Source of the DNA: a virus | Length of the DNA stretch: 64,000 bases | IMG/VR virus record: IMGVR_UViG_3300020473_000017 | Strand: one strand, 5' to 3' | Notes under the pieces: model-generated | Database searches by the model: none | Seen by the model: the letters and a program-made list of their open reading frames with translations, nothing else | Told to the model about the DNA's origin: nothing | Part shown: positions 1 through 7,135 of the stretch, piece by piece | Layout of the letters: every line of letters begins with the position of its first letter | Numbering within the stretch: the stretch's first letter is position 1 | Translations under genes and position numbers: made by a program

Positions 1-98
1 CAAAATCTGTTGAGATAGTCATCCATTCCAATGCTGTTTCTATGAATCTTCTCCATCAATTCTGGAAGATTCGCAGCGTGATATCTTGCTAAGTTCAT
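1..98 (-). CDS. hsp20: Small heat shock protein Hsp20, 5' part (runs off window start)
   Basis: Not in ORF track. Manual translation from ATG at 98 gives MNLARYHAANLPELMEKIHRNSIGMDDYLNRF, the typical cyanophage sHsp N-terminus; SD AAGGAG at 107-112; usual position downstream of regA. Confidence 0.85.
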   Translation of the reverse strand, partial: MNLARYHAANLPELMEKIHRNSIGMDDYLNRF

Positions 99-106
99 GA
101 TAGCAT

Positions 107-154
107 CTCCTTAATAAGCGAGTGTTTGATTTTGTGGACCCTTTCGGCATCCAC
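107..154 (-). promoter_or_regulatory. Structured hsp20 5' UTR: GAAA-loop hairpin plus SD-sequestering ROSE-like hairpin
   Basis: Minus strand GTGGATGCC-GAAA-GGGTCCAC (154-134), then CTC-G-CTT-ATT-AAG-GAG (122-107) pairing the SD with a bulged G. Confidence 0.6.
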
Positions 155-160
155 TATTAT

Positions 161-538
161 TTACCACTTTTCCGCTACAATCTCAATAGTGTTATCTACA
201 CTTTTGGATTCGGTTACTACTGTGAAGCCTTGCTCCTGTACGGTTTCCATAACCATAACTTTTGCATAAGCTTGTATGACTTTTTCCAAAAATCTCTCAA
301 CAGGGAACGGTTCTTCCCATGTGTCCATCTCGGCAACCAAATGAAATGTTCCATCTTTATCTTTCTTGAAACCTACATCATTTGTGATACCAACTTCAAC
401 TTGCCATTGCTTGTGATCATGACCATCAGGATTTACAAGCAACACATTCTCTTGTACAGCATAACCTAATTGATTTAATGCTTTTATAAGAGAATCTTTT
501 TTAGTGATCTTGGTTTTGATTTTGCTGAAGTGAGACAT
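161..538 (-). CDS. DUF1257 / Ycf35-like protein
   Basis: MSHFSKIKTKI...L..LGY...DVGF...LVAE...ERFL..V.Q.YA signature; start moved to MSHFS (ATG at 538). Confidence 0.85.
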   Translation of the reverse strand: MSHFSKIKTKITKKDSLIKALNQLGYAVQENVLLVNPDGHDHKQWQVEVGITNDVGFKKDKDGTFHLVAEMDTWEEPFPVERFLEKVIQAYAKVMVMETVQEQGFTVVTESKSVDNTIEIVAEKW

Positions 539-701
539 CGTTAACTTTTTGAAAGTACTCTGGTTTTTCTTTTCTCCATTGTACCACACCAAGATCAGTT
601 TCGATCCTCTCTGTGATATCTAAACACGAACTGCCAACGACACCTTCTACAGTCTCCTCAACAGTACCATCTTGAAGTATGCGAAAGATTATCCTTTGCA
701 T
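501..701 (-). CDS. DUF2997 family protein
   Basis: IIFRILQDGTVEETVEGVVGSSCLDITERIE..LG.V...KPEYFQ signature; usual neighbour of DUF1257. Confidence 0.8.
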   Translation of the reverse strand: MQRIIFRILQDGTVEETVEGVVGSSCLDITERIETDLGVVQWRKEKPEYFQKVNDVSLQQNQNQDH

Positions 702-1123
702 CAGTCCTCTTTCTTCTTACCAATGTTATATTTAGATTCTAATGTCCAGTCACCTTTCTCCTTGTAAGCAAGAACTTTAATTTGACTTAATGGTGCTACG
801 TCAGCAATAGTTTCCTTTGAATTAATGGATACAAGACCCCAATCACTAAGCAATTGAACAATGCGATTTCTACGTTGAACATCATTCAAACTTAAATTTG
901 CTTTCTTACCATCGAGAGCAAACAATTCTTTAAAATGTACTATAAAGTATCTACCCTGCTTGTGCAGTATATGACATGACTGATATAGTTTCTTTTCTTT
1001 TCTAGAAGCTACACCAATACGTGTCAATGTTTCTCTTACCTTAAGGAAGTCATCTGGTTCTTTCAAACCAACTTCCACCATACTGTCAGCAGACCACTTA
1101 ACCTCTTCTGAGACCGAGTTCAT
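701..1123 (-). CDS. regA: Translational repressor RegA
   Basis: DDFLKVRETLTRIGVAS..KKLYQSCHILHKQGRYFIVHFKELF motif; follows gp62. Confidence 0.97.
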   Translation of the reverse strand: MNSVSEEVKWSADSMVEVGLKEPDDFLKVRETLTRIGVASRKEKKLYQSCHILHKQGRYFIVHFKELFALDGKKANLSLNDVQRRNRIVQLLSDWGLVSINSKETIADVAPLSQIKVLAYKEKGDWTLESKYNIGKKKED

Positions 1124-1506
1124 CTCTTTCCTCCCATGTCATGTTTATGTCGTAATGATTCAATTTGGGTTTTGGTGAGAAGAGTTAATGCGACCTTCGC
1201 TTTTTCGTTACTATATCCATAGTGTTTTTTGACCAGATCCAGATCTTCAATCTGTTCTTTCTTCAACCAAGGAGAAAACCTTTTCCGTTTTCTCAATGTA
1301 TTTAGCAAGAAAGAATATTGCATATCAGGGTCAAGATGAGCATTCAAATTCATCTCATTAGAAAATAAAATGCTATCAATAGTACCAGACAAACATCTAT
1401 TAACGATATAAGCAGGGTAAGAAGATATCGCATCAGGGTCTTCACGAGTAAGATCCTGCTTATTGTAGTTGATTGAATTGAGCCAATCCTTGAGTTCATA
1501 TTTCAT
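1120..1506 (-). CDS. gp62: Clamp loader small subunit gp62
   Basis: LKDWLNSIN..K, Y.VNRCLS, NEMN, QY.FL...LRKRKRFSPW, YGYSNEKA. Confidence 0.93.
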   Translation of the reverse strand: MKYELKDWLNSINYNKQDLTREDPDAISSYPAYIVNRCLSGTIDSILFSNEMNLNAHLDPDMQYSFLLNTLRKRKRFSPWLKKEQIEDLDLVKKHYGYSNEKAKVALTLLTKTQIESLRHKHDMGGKR

Positions 1507-1718
1507 TAGAAAGTCCTGATAGGTCCAACCACACCAGTCTCATTATTATTAATTCTATAGATCTGAGTACGACCAGTCTTCATCTGACAATGGATTTCAC
1601 CACCTTGAATGATTGCAGACACAATACTTTGTCCACCGAAATTTGACAACACACCTTTACGTGTGTGATATAACTGTGCACTACCGCTTGGCAGTACACG
1701 AACCCCCAAACTTCCCAT
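1506..1718 (-). CDS. Conserved cyanophage hypothetical protein
   Basis: 70-aa ORF translationally coupled to flanking genes. Confidence 0.65.
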   Translation of the reverse strand: MGSLGVRVLPSGSAQLYHTRKGVLSNFGGQSIVSAIIQGGEIHCQMKTGRTQIYRINNNETGVVGPIRTF

Positions 1719-2535
1719 AATTTGTAATTACTAATTCACGACGTTTTGTTTGATCCTTCATATAGTCACCAGTGGATCGCATGGTGTAGGTATGATCAAA
1801 GTCATACTGGCACCACTCAAGAAATCGCATAACGATATCAGGGTGGTTGTTATATGATATCATAACATTGCATAAGCAATTGTCCATGACATCAGCAAAT
1901 TTAGCATGGTCGAAACCTTTATGCATATCACCTTTATGTCCATAAAGTGCATCCTTAATATCATAAGGTGGATCAGCATAGATGAATGTTAAGGTGTCAT
2001 CTGAGGTGAGTTGATCATAGGATCCATGAGTAATGCGCCACCGCTGGATAAGTTCGGTATACCCAAGGAGTCTGTCGATGCCACGCATGGAGAAATTACT
2101 GTCTGAGGCTGAGGCTGAGAATGAGGACGATTCAGTAAGACCACTGAAAGAACACTTATTAATGATATAAAAATAAATCGCTCTGTCCTTGTTATCGGTG
2201 TCTCCTTCATTTAATTTCTCCTTTGACTTGTTAAATAAACATCTTGCCTTGTCAGGGGTATCATGTTCTTTCTTTAATTTGACTAGTTCTTTATGTAGAT
2301 ACTCACCATCATCTCTTAAATGAATCCAAAAGTTAATCAATGGTTCATACAGATCACTAACCCAAATAGGTACCTCTTCTGGCAGTCTCTTGGTCATTTC
2401 AATGGCCATACTACCACCCCCTAAAAAGGGTTCACGATACTCTGTAATCTCTCGACTAGGCAACCACTGCAATAGCTTGGGAACTGCCCTAGATTTGCCT
2501 CCTGGATACCTTAGAGGGGTCTTCAGGGACTTCAT
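1681..2535 (-). CDS. dam: DNA adenine methyltransferase (D12/Dam class)
   Basis: LRYPGGKS, YREPFLGGGS (SAM binding) and DPPY catalytic motif. Confidence 0.92.
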   Translation of the reverse strand: MKSLKTPLRYPGGKSRAVPKLLQWLPSREITEYREPFLGGGSMAIEMTKRLPEEVPIWVSDLYEPLINFWIHLRDDGEYLHKELVKLKKEHDTPDKARCLFNKSKEKLNEGDTDNKDRAIYFYIINKCSFSGLTESSSFSASASDSNFSMRGIDRLLGYTELIQRWRITHGSYDQLTSDDTLTFIYADPPYDIKDALYGHKGDMHKGFDHAKFADVMDNCLCNVMISYNNHPDIVMRFLEWCQYDFDHTYTMRSTGDYMKDQTKRRELVITNYGKFGGSCTAKR

Positions 2536-2726
2536 TAATAGAACCTCTGCCTTTCTATGGTTACTGCTTCAAAGATCTCGTTAAGAGTATTTGATAATTG
2601 ACGGTATCCTGAACCGACATAAATCTGACCAGCAAATACTGATACAGTTGCAGCACCCCAGAACAGATAATAAAATCTGGACTTGACTTGTGCTCTTAGT
2701 TTTGTTCTTTTACTCATAATTGTCAT
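2535..2726 (-). CDS. Small predicted membrane protein
   Basis: Basic N-terminus and hydrophobic stretch FYYLFWGAATVSVFAGQIYVG; coupled start/stop overlaps. Confidence 0.65.
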   Translation of the reverse strand: MTIMSKRTKLRAQVKSRFYYLFWGAATVSVFAGQIYVGSGYRQLSNTLNEIFEAVTIERQRFY

Positions 2727-3667
2727 TTGAATTCACACTCCACCATAATTTCAGTGAGAGCTGCTAATAAATTTATCTCCTGATCTGCTACGAAAGCAGA
2801 CTGATACTGATACTTTGCAATAATCAATACCGCTTGAGGTATACTAGAAGGTTTAAGGGCATCGTAAAGACTATCGTATACTGTTCTTAGTATAGCATTA
2901 GGATCATTATCTAAATTAGAAACAATCCACTTACGTGCTACAGAAAACTCTTTCTTCTTTAACGCTGATACCAACTCTCCAAGTTTAACTTCGTTGAGGA
3001 CTGCCAAGATCCCCGTATCGATTGATCCCGTGGAGCTATACCGCTGTAGTTCGTTGAGCGTTCTTCTGAAATCTGGAAAATATTTCTGAACGACCTCAGC
3101 GACCACCGCATCATCAAACCGTACATTTTCTCTGGTAAGTATGTCACGGCATCGCTCAAAGAATTTAGCAGCGATCTGTTGTTTGTTCTTTCCTCTAACA
3201 TTACAATCAATTACTGTTGTTCTGGAGTGGAGTGGTTCAATGATTTTGTTCTTGAAATTGCAGGTAAAAATGAATCTGCAGTTTCTGGAGAACTCCTCAA
3301 TACTCGCTCTAAGAAGGAGTTGTACGTCGGGAGTGGTATTGTCTGCCTCGTCGATGATGATAACCTTGTGTCTCGAGCTACTTGTGAGAGATACGGTAGA
3401 CGCAAAGCTCTTGGCACTATTCCGAACTGTATCAAGAAACCTTCCCTCATCGCTTCCATTAATGACATAATAATCAACTCCTAGTTCTTTACATAATGAT
3501 TTAGCAACTGTGGTTTTTCCGATACCAGCAGTACCACATAGTAGGAGATTAGGTATCTCCCCATTGTTAACAAAAGATTGAAATGTATTCTTAATATCGG
3601 ATGATAGAATACAGTCCTCAATAGTTTGTGGGCGGTACTTCTCCACCCACAGAAAATCATCCTTCAT
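2723..3667 (-). CDS. gp44: Clamp loader large subunit gp44 (RFC-like AAA+)
   Basis: LWVEKYRPQ, Walker A GTAGIGKT, Walker B IIIDEAD, IEPLHSR. Confidence 0.97.
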   Translation of the reverse strand: MKDDFLWVEKYRPQTIEDCILSSDIKNTFQSFVNNGEIPNLLLCGTAGIGKTTVAKSLCKELGVDYYVINGSDEGRFLDTVRNSAKSFASTVSLTSSSRHKVIIIDEADNTTPDVQLLLRASIEEFSRNCRFIFTCNFKNKIIEPLHSRTTVIDCNVRGKNKQQIAAKFFERCRDILTRENVRFDDAVVAEVVQKYFPDFRRTLNELQRYSSTGSIDTGILAVLNEVKLGELVSALKKKEFSVARKWIVSNLDNDPNAILRTVYDSLYDALKPSSIPQAVLIIAKYQYQSAFVADQEINLLAALTEIMVECEFK

Positions 3668-4325
3668 ACTTAGAATCTGGCTCCAATGCGATAAGGTATT
3701 CTAAATCTCTATTCACATCTCTAAAGAGAGATGCATTCTGCTTACTAATTGTAACCTCATAATCACCAGGTAACAACTTCAGGTTCTCAACTTTAAAGTT
3801 GAATGTAAAATTACTATCAGTCTCTCCAACCTTTACAGCATAGGTATTTGAAGTATCATTCTTCTTGTCACGAACAACAAGTTTAACAACACCATTCTCT
3901 CCAACAACTGCTAAGTCTTCTATCTGATAAATCGCTGCTGCCTTAATTATATTAGAGATATCACTCCATGCTACTGTGAATGAAATATCACTGCTAGGAA
4001 GTTCCACCCTATTCTCTGGTGGTTGAACTATAGTAGATGGATCAGCAAAGAAATACCTTGATGTATTTCTCCTATCTTTAATAATGAGATAATTATCATT
4101 ATCAAAATTAAACTCAGGATCATCAAATAAAGTAAGTCCAGATAAGAACTCACTTAAATCATAGATAGCAAAATCCTTTGGAAATGCCTCTTCAACAACA
4201 GCACGAGATAAGATATTCTTCTGGATGGATAGAGTGGATAACTCAGTACCTTCCTTGAAGCAAATGGACTGATTAATATTAGAGAAGTTCTTGAGGATAT
4301 CAAGAGTACTCTTAGAAAGTTTCAT
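3657..4325 (-). CDS. gp45: Sliding clamp gp45
   Basis: MKLSKSTLDILKNFSNINQSI, FAIYDLSEFL, FKVENLKLLPGDY, YLIALE; start set at ATG 4325. Confidence 0.95.
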   Translation of the reverse strand: MKLSKSTLDILKNFSNINQSICFKEGTELSTLSIQKNILSRAVVEEAFPKDFAIYDLSEFLSGLTLFDDPEFNFDNDNYLIIKDRRNTSRYFFADPSTIVQPPENRVELPSSDISFTVAWSDISNIIKAAAIYQIEDLAVVGENGVVKLVVRDKKNDTSNTYAVKVGETDSNFTFNFKVENLKLLPGDYEVTISKQNASLFRDVNRDLEYLIALEPDSKYEG

Positions 4326-4773
4326 AACGTTGATCTGGTTCAATTTCAATTGGTTTGGATGTAAAATGATATAGTAACACACAATAGTGTATTGCCTTTA
4401 GTATATCATGTTGTGGGCGACCCTTCTTATCATAGCGACTTAAGTACTTTATAGCATTAGATCTACAAAATGCTTCAGCGTCACCAACTGATTCGATAAG
4501 ATCAAGTGTTTGGATGTTTGAACCTTCAGTAGTATAATGTCCTGAGTATGTACTAGTGATATACTCACTAGCTTTTTTAAGGATTTCATCCTCTCCATAC
4601 TTGACCGTAACCTTATTAGATTCAATTCCTAATTCAATGTTGTCCTGTGCAACATTAGGATCGTATATAGTTCCGACCCCCTCGTGGAAGGTGATGTGGT
4701 CATCACCCATTCCACCCTTAAGGTTTGCTTGTTCCATTTCCTCTAAAACATCATAAAGTAACCACCATGCCAT
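4312..4773 (-). CDS. DUF3310-like protein (T7 gp1.7/SaV-like domain)
   Basis: HY...IQTLDLI....AEAFCRSNAIKYLSRYDKKG...DILKAIHY motif. Confidence 0.7.
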   Translation of the reverse strand: MAWWLLYDVLEEMEQANLKGGMGDDHITFHEGVGTIYDPNVAQDNIELGIESNKVTVKYGEDEILKKASEYITSTYSGHYTTEGSNIQTLDLIESVGDAEAFCRSNAIKYLSRYDKKGRPQHDILKAIHYCVLLYHFTSKPIEIEPDQRYETF

Positions 4774-4775
4774 TA

Positions 4776-5840
4776 TTATACCTCAAAGTCCACGTCCGCG
4801 TCAACCTTGTCGTATAACTCCTGAAACGCTTGCTTAGTTTCATCATCAAAACGAGAGATACAAGTAGTAATTGCTTTAGCACGAGTACCAAAGATTTGGT
4901 ATGCTCTAACGATGTGAACTAGTCTACGTGTACTAATGACTTCATCTATACCACCATCAAAGAAGGTCTTACGGATGATGTCTGCCCAGTCTACTAACCT
5001 CTTATTGAAATCAGTCTCGTCACATACTGCATCGAGTATCTTAATTTCATTAGCAGGTGTTGGGTACTCCTGCTCAAATGTTACTGGGAACCTTTCAAGG
5101 AAGGCTTCATTAAGCACGTTAGTTCCAACAAAACGTCCGTCATCTGAACCTTTACCTTTAGTGTTTGCGGTTGCGATGACGTTGAACCCTGCTGCTGGTC
5201 TGATGTACTTTCCAATCTTCTTAAGGAAAACTCCTTTACCTTCAAGGATTGACTGGAGGCAGAGGATTTTGTTTGAGGCAAGGTCGATCTCGTCAAGGAG
5301 CAAGATAGCTCCTCGCTGGAGAGCTTCCACAACAGGTCCGTTGTGCCATACGGTTGCGCCGTCAACAAGACGGAAGCCGCCAATGAGATCATCTTCATCT
5401 GTTTCGATAGTAATGTTTACACGGATAAGTTCTCTCTTTGCTTGAGCACATGCTTGCTCTACAGAGAAGGTCTTACCATTACCTGACAATCCAGTAATGA
5501 ATGTAGGGTAGAACAAGTTAGATTGAATGATCTTCTTAACATCATTGAAATTTCCAAACTTAACAAAAGTATCATCAAGTTGTGGAATCAAATCTTGCTC
5601 TACATTAGGTAGAACAGTTGGTTGAGCAATTGACTTCTCTAGGATCTCACGTCCTTCTTGTACGGTAAGGTTCCATGATCCACGCTTAACCTGATACTGC
5701 TTCAACTTGCGTGCTACTGTAGGATATGCTGCCCCACGAGAAGTAGCAAACTTCTTTACATGAGAGGCATCTATCTCATTACCAAATTCTTCACGTAATT
5801 CATCAACGAAGTTGACGGATAGTTTTCTCTCGAAAGGCAT
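4776..5840 (-). CDS. cobS: MoxR/CobS-like AAA+ ATPase
   Basis: Walker A GLSGNGKT, Walker B LLLDEID, ATANTKGKG, NEAFLERF, STRRL; core gene of T4-like cyanophages usually labelled CobS. Confidence 0.9.
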   Translation of the reverse strand: MPFERKLSVNFVDELREEFGNEIDASHVKKFATSRGAAYPTVARKLKQYQVKRGSWNLTVQEGREILEKSIAQPTVLPNVEQDLIPQLDDTFVKFGNFNDVKKIIQSNLFYPTFITGLSGNGKTFSVEQACAQAKRELIRVNITIETDEDDLIGGFRLVDGATVWHNGPVVEALQRGAILLLDEIDLASNKILCLQSILEGKGVFLKKIGKYIRPAAGFNVIATANTKGKGSDDGRFVGTNVLNEAFLERFPVTFEQEYPTPANEIKILDAVCDETDFNKRLVDWADIIRKTFFDGGIDEVISTRRLVHIVRAYQIFGTRAKAITTCISRFDDETKQAFQELYDKVDADVDFEV

Positions 5841-5868
5841 AATGATTAAATGATTTGTGTATGTACGT

Positions 5869-5902
5869 AGTATAGCAATAAAAAACCCCCTGTTAAGGGG
5901 GT
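5869..5902 (-). promoter_or_regulatory. Sigma70-type promoter overlapping a terminator-like stem-loop upstream of the AAA+ gene
   Basis: TTAACA(5896-5891)-N16-TATACT(5874-5869) with extended TG; hairpin ACCCCC-TTAACA-GGGGGT followed by a T-run. Confidence 0.6.
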
Positions 5903-5924
5903 GTGTGACAGTTTGTTGATTGGT

Positions 5925-6968
5925 TTAATCTTCTTCTGTTTCTTCCAGTTTATCTTTCTTGGCAGACTTACCGTGGATACCTGTATCGGTTCTCCAATCA
6001 TCCCAAGTTTTGTCACCTATGGTTGCCCAACCAAAACCAGGTGTCAGTACACGATAAACCTTAACAATTTCCTGAAGGATTAAGATGTCTTGAATAGGAC
6101 CAGCAGAGTTGGTGGTAAAATCCTCAATCGGATAATGTTTGATAGAAGTATTAAGGAACGTATTAAAGTTCTCATACCTATCTCCACTATTCGTAACCGA
6201 GATACTATCAAGGAAACTATATGCTGCGGCAAGACCGAAAATAAATCCACCGTTAAGTGGTTTAGACCACTTACATAGTTTTGAAGCGTCTCTATTATGA
6301 CCCTTGTATGTTTCAATTGCCTTTCTGACAAAAGTAGTACCATACTTACCAAGAGCAACTCTCAGTTTATCATAACCTTGTACACGATTTGTACCATCAT
6401 CAGGGGCACCAATAAGTTCAACATGAATATTGAGTGACTTGAACTTTTCCTCAAGATCTAGTGCATACTCTGCACCTTGAGCAACATCAGCACGCAACTT
6501 AGCAACTGAACTTACTTTGTTCCTAAGAGTATTAAACTCTTTAAAGTACTTTGCTTCTGCCTTCTCACACTGATCGATAGTGTAATGAGATGGATGTACC
6601 TGTACCTGACAAGGTAGTTTAAATGATTCAGGATCTTGAACGTAAGTCGCTGCAAGAACTGAAGTGTGTTGACCATCAACCACAACTAAAGTCCCATCAG
6701 GTCTCTTAAAGACTGATAGGGGTTTTACAAACTCAGGTTTAAACTCCTGTGCTTTTCTTATGAATGTGGTGTTTATTAATCTCTGATACTTAGGATCAAC
6801 TGTCAGATCCTTAAGTGGAATATATGTAACTGGGATGAAGGGACCATCTGGTCCTTCGTTCGTAAATACTTTTCTTATTCCTTGTGGAATAATTTTGTTT
6901 GCAATGTATCCTAATGCGACGGATAAGACATTGACAACCGCAGTTAGCGGCTTAGTAATTGTAGCCAT
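5925..6968 (-). CDS. ParB/Srx-like N-terminal domain protein (DUF6551-like, DGQH motif)
   Basis: LTVDPKYQR, PLSVFKRPDG.LVVVDGQH, EA..F..FN..R; SD AAGGAG upstream. Confidence 0.7.
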   Translation of the reverse strand: MATITKPLTAVVNVLSVALGYIANKIIPQGIRKVFTNEGPDGPFIPVTYIPLKDLTVDPKYQRLINTTFIRKAQEFKPEFVKPLSVFKRPDGTLVVVDGQHTSVLAATYVQDPESFKLPCQVQVHPSHYTIDQCEKAEAKYFKEFNTLRNKVSSVAKLRADVAQGAEYALDLEEKFKSLNIHVELIGAPDDGTNRVQGYDKLRVALGKYGTTFVRKAIETYKGHNRDASKLCKWSKPLNGGFIFGLAAAYSFLDSISVTNSGDRYENFNTFLNTSIKHYPIEDFTTNSAGPIQDILILQEIVKVYRVLTPGFGWATIGDKTWDDWRTDTGIHGKSAKKDKLEETEED

Positions 6969-7038
6969 GGGATTTTCTCCTTATGTGAATTTAGCGTTTC
7001 TATCGATGTTGCACGACTTAGCGAAACGTGGTGATGTA

Positions 7039-7064
7039 GAAAAAAAGAAATCCGTAAGGATTTC
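7039..7064 (-). terminator. Rho-independent terminator-like hairpin in the leader of the ParB-like gene
   Basis: GAAATCC-TTAC-GGATTTC followed by seven T on the minus strand. Confidence 0.65.
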
Positions 7065-7081
7065 AATTTTCCTCAATCAAC

Positions 7082-7111
7082 AGTATATATCAAATGGCAA
7101 TACAATGTCAA
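7082..7111 (-). promoter_or_regulatory. Sigma70-type promoter for the ParB-like gene
   Basis: TTGACA(7111-7106)-N18-TATACT(7087-7082). Confidence 0.65.
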
Positions 7112-7115
7112 TTAA

Positions 7116-7135
7116 ATGTTAAGATCTCTTAACAT
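7116..7135. repeat. Perfect 9-bp inverted repeat (operator-like)
   Basis: ATGTTAAGA-TC-TCTTAACAT, directly upstream of the -35 box. Confidence 0.7.

Noticed and set aside
4776-5840. Cobalamin-biosynthesis auxiliary metabolic gene
   Set aside because: Only generic AAA+ motifs are present, with no cobN or other cob genes in the window; cobS is kept only as the customary label.
7111-7135. Pho box upstream of the ParB-like gene
   Set aside because: TTAA units are 10 and 7 nt apart rather than the 11-nt direct-repeat period; the perfect inverted repeat is the better description.
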